Shown: positions 23,766 through 34,923, counted from the whole stretch's first letter. The stretch is 63,244 bases of DNA, filler included, from Thraustochytrium aureum (GCA_012862495.1; 8 parts of 3 records of this genome joined end to end with filler, not necessarily neighbours in it); one strand, 5' to 3'. Numbers and translations are program-made. Notes: a model not told the origin generated them from the sequence alone.

Positions 23766-24557
23766 TTACTCTGTGAGGCCGCACACCGTCCGGTCTTGCG
23801 CGAGGCCCTGCGAGAGCCCCTTGCTGATTCGCTCTTTGCGGCGCTCCAGAAACGCCTCAAAACCAGGCAGCGTTCGCAGGTGCGCCAACGTGATTGGGTT
23901 GCCCTCCAGGTGCAGGCGGTTTAGCTTCGTTCTAGCCAGCAACTCGCCGGGCACTGTGCCCAGCCGGTTGTTGCGTGCCTTTAGGCAGGTGAGCCGCTCC
24001 ATGCAGGCCATCGCTGCTGGCAGCTCCTTGATCTCGCAATTGTCCAGGTCCAACTCCTCCATGTTCAGGAGCGCCTCGAACCCAAACGAGGGGCTAAATC
24101 CAGAAATGGGATTGTGCGAAAGGTTGCACGTGACCACGCTCGGAGGCACCGCGAGCCACGGGTGTCCGACTTGGCCAGAGAATGCGTTGAACGAGAGATC
24201 TACCGAGCGGAGTTTCGCACGCGGCAGGACTGCCGCAACGCTGTGCAGCTGGTTGTGATCCGCCTCGAGCACACGAAGCTCGTCCAGGTGACGCAGCTCG
24301 TCCGGGAGCTCCTTGAGGGCGTTGTAGCTTAGTTTGAGCGCTTGCAGCTTCGCCAGCGAGCCAATTTGCGAGGTCAACTCCACCAGCCCATTATTCGACA
24401 GGTCCAAGCTCCGCAGCCGAGGTCCCAGCAGCCAAACCTCGGCAGGCACGCGCACGATTTTGAGCCCTGCGAGCACCAGCCGCCCCGTCTTCCCAGCCTG
24501 CTCCAGCGCAGACTCCTTGGTCGCTGGCGGCGCTTTGCGGCTCGGGGTCGTCCCCAT
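23766..24557 (-). CDS. Leucine-rich repeat protein, LRRC57-like
   Basis: Start MGTTPS (myristoylation-like), AGKTGRLVL cap, LxxLxLxxNxL repeats, and C-terminal LEGNPI...LRTLPGFEAFLERR resembling LRRC57. Confidence 0.85.
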   Translation of the reverse strand: MGTTPSRKAPPATKESALEQAGKTGRLVLAGLKIVRVPAEVWLLGPRLRSLDLSNNGLVELTSQIGSLAKLQALKLSYNALKELPDELRHLDELRVLEADHNQLHSVAAVLPRAKLRSVDLSFNAFSGQVGHPWLAVPPSVVTCNLSHNPISGFSPSFGFEALLNMEELDLDNCEIKELPAAMACMERLTCLKARNNRLGTVPGELLARTKLNRLHLEGNPITLAHLRTLPGFEAFLERRKERISKGLSQGLAQDRTVCGLTE

Positions 24558-25540
24558 CGCACTCGACCTGCTCCAAACAAAACCAGCCGATCCACCAAAC
24601 CAGGTCGCGCCACGGAGGCGCACGCCCTGCGCGTCTACCAGCTCGCCGTCCGCACGTAGGCCCACAGGCACGGTTTCAGTTCGTTGAGGGTCTTGTGCGA
24701 GACGCAACAAACCGCCGTCCACACCCAGTTTCGTTCAACTACCCGATGCTGTCCAGTTGGACAAAGTGTCTGACCGTCCACCCACCGAGCCGCACGCCCG
24801 CCCGCTCGCTCGTGCGCAGGCCCGCTCGTGCGCAGGCACGGCGTCAGTTCGTTGCGGGTCTGCTGCCTGGCTCAACACNNNNNNNNNNNNNNNNNNNNNN
24901 NNNNNNNNNNNNNNNNNNNNNNNNNNNNNNNNNNNNNNNNNNNNNNNNNNNNNNNNNNNNNNNNNNNNNNNNNNNNNNNNNNNNNNNNNNNNNNNNNNNN
25001 NNNNNNNNNNNNNNNNNNNNNNNNNNNNNNNNNNNNNNNNNNNNNNNNNNNNNNNNNNNNNNNNNNNNNNNNNNNNNNNNNNNNNNNNNNNNNNNNNNNN
25101 NNNNNNNNNNNNNNNNNNNNNNNNNNNNNNNNNNNNNNNNNNNNNNNNNNNNNNNNNNNNNNNNNNNNNNNNNNNNNNNNNNNNNNNNNNNNNNNNNNNN
25201 NNNNNNNNNNNNNNNNNNNNNNNNNNNNNNNNNNNNNNNNNNNNNNNNNNNNNNNNNNNNNNNNNNNNNNNNNNNNNNNNNNNGAGCGGCCTTGGACTGG
25301 GGCGCGCGGCGCGAGCATCGGCGTTTGTTTCGGGGGCTCACGGCAGCTGGTTAGACCGCGGGAGACCGGGCTAGTCTCGGCGACGCTCTCGCGCAGGCGC
25401 GGGGTGGCGGGCGAACCTGGGCACAGCCAGGGCTGTGCATCATCGGTTTGCTGAAGGCTCGCGCGCTCGGCCGCTGGTCGGCGCCTCAGCCCCCATGGGA
25501 CGTGAGCCGTGCAGCAAGGGCCAGCGACGTGGGCGTGGAG

Positions 25541-28500
25541 ATGTGCGGGAGCGCGACTAGCGAGCCAAGGGAGCTTGACCTGGTGGACGAAGAGGAGGCG
25601 GAGACGCCTGAAAAGCTCCTGCGGCGGGAAGAGAGCCTGAATACGTTCCTGCGCACCGGCATCACTCTGGACGGGTTCCAAGTTCCTGGCGTGCGCCTGG
25701 ACAAGCCAAAGGTAAACCAGCAGGCCACGAACGGAAGCGCAAAGTCAGTCCTGCACGCGAACCAAATAATGCGCAGCCTTGGAGGGGACTTGCTTTTGGA
25801 AACGTTCACGAACAAGCACGGCCGCAAGGCCAGTGGCTTCGACGAGGCCGGAGCCGTGCTGAAGCCTGCTAGCGAAGAGCTGGAGAACGACTCTCGCAAT
25901 ATCAAGAAAACGTGCGGGCTGGAGCTCAAGCCCAGCTTTCAAGCCTGCCTGCTCTTGGCAGACTTTGTGCTCGTGCTGGCGCTTACTCTAGCCCTCACGC
26001 TGCCGTCGTACATGGCAACGAATTGTGCGTTTAACCAATTGCACGACGAGGAAAAGGCCAACGTGTTCCGCCTCGGGAATTTCTCAGCGCTCGCGCTGAG
26101 CAACCTGACGCGAAGCATGACCTTTGATACGCTCGAGACGGTGATGCTGCTCATCCAGCAGACTCACGTAAACGCAGCCATGCTTAGCGTGCAAAACGTC
26201 CTGAACGGGGTGTATACTAACCGGCTGCTTATAAGCGAGCTATCTGGCGAGGCAGCAAGTCTCAGGTACTTTGGCCAGCCATCCTGGCTCGCAGATCAAG
26301 TCGGGCCGCCGGACGCGGCCGCGTATCGGACGAGCATTGGGCCGTTCATGGTGACGTCTGCTTGGACAGGGCTGCTCGATTCCATTCAGCGGACCATATT
26401 GGCCTGGAAAACCAACGAGTACGTTAGCGCCGCCTCGTCAGCACCTGAATCCTACCTGGGGAGGACCTTGCGGTTCAGCTACGCGCCACCAAGCGCGACG
26501 GTGCCGCCTGGCCCAACCACGACAAATGTCTATAAAGTGGACCCCGAGACATTCGAGCTAACCAACAAGACGGTCGAAGACCCCGTGGTCGTGAATTGGG
26601 TAGGGCGTCCGTGGTACGCGGCGCAAGAACGCGCCGCTACGGACGCGTTGGCCGGCTCGTGGACGGACGTGTACGAGTTTGTGAGCTCGAATGAGCTGGG
26701 CGTTACGTATTCGTGGCCGCTCGCGCCGTGCAACAACTACACCTGTCTCGAGGGCGTCGTGGGAAATGATCTAGAGACCTCGAACATGAGCGCGTTTTGC
26801 TATGCGAGCCTGTACGAGCTGCTCGAGTCCACGGCGGACGGATCTGTCGACATCGAGCGGCTGCTTCGCGAGGAAGCTGCTCTCTACATCGTCCAAAACT
26901 CAAACGCAAGCTCGTATCCTGGCGCGCTGCTGGCGTCCAGCACCTTTACGGCTCTGAGCGAGCGCCCGCAAAACATAACCTTTGCAACCAACTACACAGA
27001 CAGCATTATTGGGCGGTCTGCGAGGCTCGTGGCGAGCCACGTCCCTTTCGGCAACGTCGAGCAGTGGGAAACAGGGCCGCTTGCGACGACGCCCTGGAGC
27101 TGCTTCAAAAACCTGGACGACGAGAGCGAGACTGCCGGCGACTGCTCCATGATAGAATGCATCTCGCCAGAGTGCCTGAGGCAGACGGGACGGAGCATCG
27201 TGTCCGCCATGCGGCTCTCGTCGACGTTCTTCAAAGACTTTCCAACAGCTGACCACCTCGAGCTGGTGGTCGTGGTTGCAGTCCCAGCGAGGCTTTTCTT
27301 GGGGTCACTCGTCGGTCAGTTCGAGGAGACCCTGTTCGAGGCGAAAAACGCTGCCGAAACCGTGAGAGACGACACATACAAAGTTCTTCACAACAGCTTG
27401 TGGGTCGCGGGGGGTGTGGGCGCGAGCAGCTTGATCCTGGCCTGGCTTCTGTCGATTGCTGTGACGAGGCCTCTACGCCGGCTCGAGCACTCGATGGGCA
27501 GGATTCGCAACCTGGACTTTGACGAGAATGAGCCGTTCCACTCGCGCATTCGTGAAATTCGCGGCATGCAAGAGACCTTTGTCGCTGTGAAAAACACGCT
27601 CAAGGTCTTTGCCAAGTTTGTCCCGGCCACGGTGGTGCACAATATCGTCCGAAACGAGCCCAACGCACGCGTGCTGCACGTGCATCGGCGCGTGGTGACG
27701 GTCTTCTTCTCTGACATCGCCGACTTTACCTCGATCAGCGAGGCGCTTTCGGAGAAGGAGCTCTTGTACCTTCTCGTCAAGTACCTGACCGTGATGACGC
27801 ACGTGGTGGAGTCCTATGGCGGCGTTGTTGGCGAGGTGCTCGGCGACGGAATCCTCGCCTTCTGGAACACGCCAGACAGCGTCCCTGACCACGCTTCTCT
27901 CGCCTGTGCCTGCGCTCTCGCGCAGCTCGAGTGCATCAAAGACATCAACACGGAGTTTCGCGACGTGTTGACGAGCCGAGGGTTTGGTCGCCCCCTCTCT
28001 GTGCGGATTGGGATCCACACCGGGTCTGTGCTCACGGGCAACATCGGCTCGTTCGAAAAGCTCAAGTGGGGCTGCCTTGGCGACGTCGTCAACAACGCGA
28101 GCCGTCTTGAGGGCATTTGCAAGCTGTACGGCGTGCCGATCATCATCTCGGACGCGACGCGCGACCTCCTGCGCCGCGACGCCTTTGTCACTCGCGAGCT
28201 TGACCACGTGCGCGTGAAGGGCAAGCAACACCCGACGCGGCTCTTTCAGGTTGTGCGCCTAAAGGGGAAGATCCCGGTCGCGAGGGAAGCTTTGAGCTCG
28301 GACGAAACTGCGGGCTCTGCTGATAGCGTGTTGCGTCCTGGCTTTGGGTGCGGTATTGGTTGTTGCTCGTGGTTGGTAGCCGCTGAGGCACTGCCGTTGA
28401 AACGCTCCTCCACGGCCACACAGTCGCAAACGCGGCTCTTCCAGTCGTCTACTTTTGGGCCGCTTGGGCCGCCGCCCAGCGACGACGTGCTGGAGGATAT

Positions 28501-28705
28501 TCGCGTCTACGAGGCGGCGCTCGCGGCGTACCAAATTGGCTCGTTTGCTAGCGCGGCGGAGACGCTTGGCATGCTGTCGCGACAGGACCAGGCGGCCGAG
28601 GTGTTGGGCCAGCACATCACTTTGGCCCGCGAGGAGCATGGCGACCGGATTGCGCCTGGCACAGAATGGACGGGGATTACCAATTTGCGCGACAAGTCGT
28701 TTTGA
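25541..28705 (+). CDS. Membrane receptor-type class III nucleotidyl cyclase (TM, Cache-like, TM, HAMP, cyclase), intronless
   Basis: TM1 LLLADFVLVLALTLAL. Cache-like RPWY...WTDVYEF...GVVGNDL. TM2, then HAMP VTRPLRRLEHSM...SRIREI. Catalytic VFFSDIADFTSISE, LGDG, VRIGIHTGSVLTGNIGS, GDVVNNASRLEG and VRVKGK. Confidence 0.93.
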   Translation: MCGSATSEPRELDLVDEEEAETPEKLLRREESLNTFLRTGITLDGFQVPGVRLDKPKVNQQATNGSAKSVLHANQIMRSLGGDLLLETFTNKHGRKASGFDEAGAVLKPASEELENDSRNIKKTCGLELKPSFQACLLLADFVLVLALTLALTLPSYMATNCAFNQLHDEEKANVFRLGNFSALALSNLTRSMTFDTLETVMLLIQQTHVNAAMLSVQNVLNGVYTNRLLISELSGEAASLRYFGQPSWLADQVGPPDAAAYRTSIGPFMVTSAWTGLLDSIQRTILAWKTNEYVSAASSAPESYLGRTLRFSYAPPSATVPPGPTTTNVYKVDPETFELTNKTVEDPVVVNWVGRPWYAAQERAATDALAGSWTDVYEFVSSNELGVTYSWPLAPCNNYTCLEGVVGNDLETSNMSAFCYASLYELLESTADGSVDIERLLREEAALYIVQNSNASSYPGALLASSTFTALSERPQNITFATNYTDSIIGRSARLVASHVPFGNVEQWETGPLATTPWSCFKNLDDESETAGDCSMIECISPECLRQTGRSIVSAMRLSSTFFKDFPTADHLELVVVVAVPARLFLGSLVGQFEETLFEAKNAAETVRDDTYKVLHNSLWVAGGVGASSLILAWLLSIAVTRPLRRLEHSMGRIRNLDFDENEPFHSRIREIRGMQETFVAVKNTLKVFAKFVPATVVHNIVRNEPNARVLHVHRRVVTVFFSDIADFTSISEALSEKELLYLLVKYLTVMTHVVESYGGVVGEVLGDGILAFWNTPDSVPDHASLACACALAQLECIKDINTEFRDVLTSRGFGRPLSVRIGIHTGSVLTGNIGSFEKLKWGCLGDVVNNASRLEGICKLYGVPIIISDATRDLLRRDAFVTRELDHVRVKGKQHPTRLFQVVRLKGKIPVAREALSSDETAGSADSVLRPGFGCGIGCCSWLVAAEALPLKRSSTATQSQTRLFQSSTFGPLGPPPSDDVLEDIRVYEAALAAYQIGSFASAAETLGMLSRQDQAAEVLGQHITLAREEHGDRIAPGTEWTGITNLRDKSF

Positions 28706-28876
28706 CCTGCCCTGGGTTTTCGATGATTGCCTATTTGCGCGACAAGTCGTTTTGACCTGCCCTGGGTTTTCGATGATCGCCTATTTGCGCGACAAGTCGT
28801 TTTGACCAGCCTTGGGTTTTCGATGATTACCTTTTTGCGCGACAAGTCGTTTTGACCAGCCTTGGGTTTTCGATGA
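28675..28876. repeat. Tandem repeat, 4 x 50 bp, overlapping the cyclase stop codon
   Basis: GACAAGTCGTTTTGACC recurs at 28691, 28741, 28791 and 28841. Units differ at only a few positions. Confidence 0.97.
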
Positions 28877-29069
28877 AGCCCGGCCCCTTCGTGCGCGTTG
28901 GGCAAGGACAGTGCCACGCCAACGAAACACTCGGACAACGAAAACGGAAAACAAGTGTTTTAACCAGTAATGTTTTCTCTGCTTTTTGTGTGCAACGAAA
29001 GGTCGACTTTGAGGTACTCGAGTAATACTGCTGCTCGGGGCCCCGCACCATTCGAGCACCTGCTGCGGC

Positions 29070-30182
29070 TCAGCCGAGCATCGCCTTGCGATTGGCGGCT
29101 TCCATTTTGGATACGAAAAGCGACAGAACACCAAATGCGTCCAACATATCGGAGAGAAGGCAGTACTGCAGGCACGAAGCGCGTTGTGTCAGTGTCATAC
29201 CGTTCGCGCGCAGTCCGGTCGCGCGAAGGGGACAAGCCACATCGTCCAACTTACCTCGTTTTCGGCGTGGTAGGCATCCGAGCGGCCAAAACCAGTGATC
29301 TACACAATTTGTTTGTCGAACGCGTCAGTCAGATTGCGCGCCAAAAAGCACCAGCCCCAAGTTCCACCCGATCCGACACACGCGGCCGGCAGAAACTTAC
29401 CTGGAGGTCAAAGCCAGCCTCTTTCATGGACGCCACAAGCGGTAGACTGCCACAGATCGAGTACGGGTTGACGGCTCCGCGCACAGCTCGGATGGAGTCG
29501 CACAGGGCAAGAAACCCGGGCGATTCGATGTCGCAAGCAACTCCAACCATGAGCTCGCCGCCGTCGATCTCGTGGCCCCACTCGAGCTCGAGCTTGCCGA
29601 CACGGCCCTCTTTCGGGAGCTCGTATTTGGAGCTAGGCCCGCGCTTGTCCAGAGCGGCGAACTTGGTCTCGTTGAGCTCCTTCACATACCCGTTGACCGC
29701 ACGAATCACGGTATCGGGGTTGTAAAAGGGTGTGAGGCGGATGTCCCCCGAGCAGTTGCAGTGGGCGGGATCTGGTTCAGACCGCCTTTGGCGCACTTGA
29801 TCTGCGTTGGCTTGATCGTGCTCGGGTTGCGGAACTTGTAGCGGGTCTCCTCCGGCTGCGGGGGGAAGTCGCGGTAGAAGCGCGTTTGGATCTCTTTGAG
29901 AGCCTCGCTGACCAGCTCGATGGGGTTGATCGAGGCGTCCGGGAAGCCAGAGTGAAAGCGCTTGCCGGTGGCGGTCAAGTGCCATTGCAGGGCCCCGGCG
30001 GTGCCGATGCCTGACAGCCGAGGAGAGCGGCAGAGCGCCCGGCGCGGTCAGCAGGGGGAGCTAGAGAGAGAGAGAGAGAGAGAGAGAGNNNNNNNNNNNN
30101 NNNNNNNNNNNNNNNNNNNNNNNNNNNNNNNNNNNNNNNNNNNNNNNNNNNNNNNNNNNNNNNNNNNNNNNNNNNNNNNNNN

Positions 30183-30224
<42 letters not shown>

Positions 30225-31033
30225 CGAGCGGTGCGAGCAACTTACATGGCTCCGAGTCGGAGGCGTCGATCCACAGCGTTGTGCCATTCTTGAGGTCGTC
30301 CAGGAGACCGGCGTTTTTTGAGCCCGTCCACGCCGACGCCTGGCTTGTCAGTGGCCTCCTCGGACGCGATGAATACCGCGACCACGTTGGACTCGAGGTT
30401 GGGGCGCTTTTTGGCGAGCTCCTCGAAAAAAAGAGTTAGCAGGGCAATGTGGCCAAGGCAGTCGGTGGTGCCGCGCGCGTAGAGCTTGTCGCCCTCTGCA
30501 GTGAGGCTGAACGGGTCGCGCTCCCAGTTTTCTTTGACGGCGGGCACGACGTCCATGTGGCTGCCGATGAGCCCGATCGTCCTGCTCTGCTTGGACCGGC
30601 CGGGGTAGCGAATGATCAGGTTGCTGCGCCCTGGCGTGTACTGGATCTCGTCCACTTCGAGGGGGCCTCCGTTCGCCGTGCTGTGCGGGCGCAGTACGTC
30701 GAGGACGTGCTTGGCAGCGAGCGCCTCCTGCGGGATAAACTCGGGCGGAAAGTTCTGCAGCTTTTCGGCCTCGGAGATCAGCTTGCCCAAAAGCTCGACA
30801 TAGCGCTCCGGGGACACTTTGAGGTTGAGCTCGTCCTTCGAGGCCGCTACCTCGGGGTATTGCTCGTAGAGCTTTTCCAGCTGCTCGTCCACGGTGACCT
30901 TCGCGCCGCGCTTCGTCGCCGCGACGTAGGCGACCGCGGCGGCGGCGGCGGCGACAATTGCGACGCCGGCCGCGACGGCCGCGCCGGACGGGTGTGGGGC
31001 CGTCGCCTGGCCGCTGCTAGCCTCGCTCGCCAT
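29070..31033 (-). CDS. argE: Acetylornithine deacetylase-like M20A peptidase; exons 31033-30246, 30010-29401, 29299-29255, 29165-29070
   Basis: GSHMDVVPA, RGTTDCLGH, ASEE, WIDASD..PCIGTAG, GKRFHSG, STIKPTQ, GDIRLTPFY, GSLPL and AYHAENEYCLLSDM. Three GTAAGT...AG introns. 1-nt frameshifts at runs 30314-30319 and 29745-29749. Confidence 0.9.
30062..30220. repeat. (GA)n/(TC)n microsatellite, with an N gap, inside argE intron 1
   Basis: GAGAGA runs on both sides of the 30089-30182 gap. Confidence 0.95.
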
Positions 31034-31585
31034 CGTCTTCAAAGAGCGGTCGCGACACAACAAAACCGGGCCGATGCCACTGCGCGGCTGAGCGCTGCGA
31101 GGAGATTGACAATTGCTTCGTGAGGCACAAGCTCGCTGAAAGGTCGAACAACGACGAAGCCTCGAAGGCCGAACAAAGCGCCCTTCGCGGGCTCCATCAT
31201 CGCTCAGCCACGCGAGTCGGGTGGCTCGCCGATGTCTTCTGGCGCAGCGCAGCGGTCGATCTCGCGGCGCGCAGAATCGACTTGAATGCCCGTGCTTGGT
31301 CTGGCTCGCCGACTATGGGACGGTGAGTTGCGAGAGCGCAGCGGCAGGCCCTCACTCGATCGGCTTGTCATCATTTGTGGCGCGAACGCGTTGCGCTGGC
31401 AGGTGGCCTCGCGCCGGCAGGCCTCGCACCGGCAGGCCACGATGGCATCGGGACTCGGGAGGCAAGGCTCGCAAAAGCTGGTAAAAAAAGTAAATACAGG
31501 GCTTGTACATGATCTACAAGGTCATCAGGAGGCACAAAGGCAAGGGGGCGAGGGGGAATCAAAGGTCAATGCGGAGCGGCAGGCG

Positions 31586-32092
31586 TCATGGCATCGGCGA
31601 CGCCCTCCGGTCGCCCGTTGCTCGACGCTGTTGCGAAGCGCGCATAAGCGCGTACCGCGTAATGTAGCACTCGCCACTGCAGAAGAGGTGGCGGTGAGAT
31701 CCGTCTGCCGACTGCTGCTCGCCTCCAATAAAGAGCGAGTTGCAATGCGAGCACTTCTTGANNNNNNNNNNNNNNNNNNNNNNNNNNNNNNNNNNNNNNN
31801 NNNNNNNNNNNNNNNNNNNNNNNNNNNNNNNNNNNNNNNNNNNNNNNNNNNNNNNNNNNNNNNNNNNNNNNNNNNNNNNNNNNNNNNNNNNNNNNNNNNN
31901 NNNNNNNNNNNNNNNNNNNNNNNNNNNNNNNNNNNNNNNNNNNNNNNNNNNNNNNNNNNNNGTCACGCGCGGCGCGGCCGTGTCGACGAAGAGGCTCGGC
32001 CGCTTGCGCTTGGCGACCATGAACCCCTCGTTGCTGGGGCTGGTGCTGACCTTGATTGTGGCCACCTGCGGGATGGCAAGTCCGTGCGCCAT
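31586..32092 (-). CDS. Small protein with an FCS-type zinc finger (gapped)
   Basis: KCSHCNSLF...LFCSGECYIT after the gap. The N-terminal part MAHGLAIPQ...KRKRPSLFVDT lies before the gap, and the linkage across it is inferred. Confidence 0.5.
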   Translation of the reverse strand: MAHGLAIPQVATIKVSTSPSNEGFMVAKRKRPSLFVDTAAPRVXXXXXXXXXXXXXXXXXXXXXXXXXXXXXXXXXXXXXXXXXXXXXXXXXXXXXXXXXXXXXXXXXXXXKKCSHCNSLFIGGEQQSADGSHRHLFCSGECYITRYALMRASQQRRATGDRRASPMP

Positions 32093-34266
32093 ACTCGCGT
32101 CCACAGCGGTCCGTCGGCAGCGCTCCGCGCCGTGCGTCCTGCGTGCGAGCCTGCGCGAGTCTTCGCTACCTAGCTTGCTGGTCAGGTCTCGTGCCGTGCT
32201 GCTGCTGCGTCAGGCAGGCGGGTCCCGATCAGGTGATCCAAAAGGGGTTTTGCTGCTCGCCCACAGGCGCCGGGCGGTCACCTCCCAATCTATCTCATCG
32301 GCGCCTTTTGAGCTTGCGTGCTCGCTCATGTGCGGCGCGCAGCATCGTCGTGAACGCCAGCGCTGCAGCAGAGTGGAGTGCAGCACTCCAAGTGCGTTCA
32401 CGAGTGCGCTGCTGCGATTGTCCAGGAGGGAGAAACAAAACCGGAAGCAAGCCAAACACTGGCAGGTCCAAGTCAAACAAAAGAAACCTGACCTCTGCGG
32501 CCGGCGCCGCCCTCACACGTCGATCACAAAAGCCTCTGTTCTGATCAGTTCTGATCACAAAAATCTCGAAACCGTACATCCAAAAATGAAAACTAAACTA
32601 AACTGCGAGACCGAAGAAGAGAGGGAAGGGGGCCTTCTCCTCTGCTGAGAACCGACCGCCAGCACGCGGAAGCGGGGGCGTAAGGTACTCCACACAACCA
32701 CCACCCTGCCTCCCTGCCTCCCTCTCTCTCTCNNNNNNNNNNNNNNNNNNNNNNNNNNNNNNNNNNNNNNNNNNNNNNNNNNNNNNNNNNNNNNNNNNNN
32801 NNNNNNNNNNNNNNNNNNNNNNNNNNNNNNNNNNNNNNNNNNNNNNNNNNNNNNNNNNNNNNNNNNNNNNNNNNNNNNNNNNNNNNNNNNNNNNNNNNNN
32901 NNNNNNNNNNNNNNNNNNNNNNNNNNNNNNNNNNNNNNNNNNNNNNNNNNNNNNNNNNNNNNNNNNNNNNNNNNNNNNNNNNNNNNNNNNNNNNNNNNNN
33001 NNNNNNNNNNNNNNNNNNNNNNNNNNNNNNNNNNNNNNNNNNNNNNNNNNNNNNNNNNNNNNNNNNNNNNNNNNNNNNNNNNNNNNNNNNNNNNNNNNNN
33101 NNNNNNNNNNNNNNNNNNNNNNNNNNNNNNNNNNNNNNNNNNNNNNNNNNNNNNNNNNNNNNNNNNNNNNNNNNNNNNNNNNNNNNNNNNNNNNNNNNNN
33201 NNNNNNNNNNNNNNNNNNNNNNNNNNNNNNNNNNNNNNNNNNNNNNNNNNNNNNNNNNNNNNNNNNNNNNNNNNNNNNNNNNNNNNNNNNNNNNNNNNNN
33301 NNNNNNNNNNNNNNNNNNNNNNNNNNNNNNNNNNNNNNNNNNNNNNNNNNNNNNNNNNNNNNNNNNNNNNNNNNNNNNNNNNNNNNNNNNNNNNNNNNNN
33401 NNNNNNNNNNNNNNNNNNNNNNNNNNNNNNNNNNNNNNNNNNNNNNNNNNNNNNNNNNNNNNNNNNNNNNNNNNNNNNNNNNNNNNNNNNNNNNNNNNNN
33501 NNNNNNNNNNNNNNNTGCACTTGCGCGTGCGAAGGCGGAGCTTTTGCTCGTCTTTTGCGTACGGGAAGCTCGTGGCAGCAAGCCTCCTTGGTGGCAGCGC
33601 GCAACGACTCGTGAGATTTGTGCGCGCCGCCAGGCAGGCCGCCCTCCCAGCGCACGGCCCCCAGGTGAAAGAGTAAAGTCTCATCACCGCTGCAGATCGA
33701 TCAGCTCTGCTCAGTCCACTCCCGGCAGGCGGGAGCGAGCGAGCAGCCACACCAGTCCACGCGAAACCGCAATATCACCATGACAACGATGACATCCGCA
33801 GGAGGATACCAAGGCGGAAAGAGCAAGTCCGCCGTGACCTCCTGCCGCACGCACGCTTGCCGCAAGCATGTGCATGGATGACAGAGCGTGCACACTCCAC
33901 GCCTGCCAGGGTGGCGTTTTCCCGCACCGGGAGAGCAGAGCGAGCAGAGCACATGATGATGAATCAAGCCCCGCCAACTTGTTGGAGGACAAGAGGAGCG
34001 GAGGAGCGAGAAGAGTAAGTAATTCTGCAATTGGAGCGGAGTCGGACCGAAGTAACTCCATTACGGAATCAACTGTGTGGAGAGCAGCGCGCCGCTTCAG
34101 GGCTCCCACAGCTCGCGAAACTTTCTTCCTTCTGCCTCTGCCACCGACACCCGAGCGCGCAAGCCGGCGACAGACCGTCCGTCAAGCTCGGCGGGCGCAG
34201 CGCCAACTGCGCCACCAGACAGACAGACACTGATGACTGATGAGACTGACTGACTGACTGACTGAC

Positions 34267-34366
34267 NNNNNNNNNNNNNNNNNNNNNNNNNNNNNNNNNN
34301 NNNNNNNNNNTTAATTAATTAANNNNNNNNNNNNNNNNNNNNNNNNNNNNNNNNNNNNNNNNNNNN
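34267..34366. other. Artificial contig spacer
   Basis: 44N-TTAATTAATTAA(34311-34322)-44N, preceded by a (GACT)n microsatellite. Confidence 0.97.
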
Positions 34367-34404
34367 AAAACAAGGGGTCGCAAGGGGTCGCGCTAGTCGC
34401 GCAA

Positions 34405-34923
34405 CTAGACCCACTGACGGTTGTTGATCAAGCGCTGCACGTAGAAGATCTGCGCCAAAGTGACGCCAACCATAAACACCGACTCAAAAACGGTGTAGTA
34501 GCCAATCCTCCACTCGGTCGAGTCCTGCGTCCCCATGTGTCGGTGAACACGCTGTATCAGAAAGTTTTGCTCCGAGATAAGCTGCTGCACCGTTGTGTGG
34601 CAATCCCGGATCGCGTTCTCCAGCGGCGTCACATGCTTGGCCTTCGCGTGCTCGCGCTTGCGCACTCCAACGTGCAGTGCAAAGGTGATGCGCTTTGTGC
34701 CAGAGCCGCTCGAGGAAAAGCAAAACTTGTACTCGCCTGGCTCCCCAGCTACAACAGAAAACACGCCCTCGCTCTTGCCGCCCTCGGAGAAGAGAACGGC
34801 GTCCTGGCCGCCCTTGCCCATCTTTGCGACTTGCACGTTGAGCTTTGTGCCGCTGTCGCTGCTCACGAAATAGGCGCCACGCAGGCGGATGGGCGTCTTG
34901 CTGAGATCCTCGTAAAAGCACTC
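34405..34923 (-). CDS. p24/emp24/gp25L (TMED) GOLD-domain cargo receptor; last exon or 3' part, with the signal-peptide region in the gap
   Basis: ECFYED...GEYKFCFS (GOLD Cys pair), coiled coil EQNFLIQRVHRHMGTQDST, TM ending AQIFYVQRLI and a C-terminal Val. Confidence 0.9.
   Translation of the reverse strand, partial: ECFYEDLSKTPIRLRGAYFVSSDSGTKLNVQVAKMGKGGQDAVLFSEGGKSEGVFSVVAGEPGEYKFCFSSSGSGTKRITFALHVGVRKREHAKAKHVTPLENAIRDCHTTVQQLISEQNFLIQRVHRHMGTQDSTEWRIGYYTVFESVFMVGVTLAQIFYVQRLINNRQWV

Noticed and set aside
28675..28876. CRISPR array
   Set aside because: The whole 50-bp unit is repeated with no unique spacers, there are no cas genes, the context is eukaryotic, and unit 1 is the end of the cyclase CDS.
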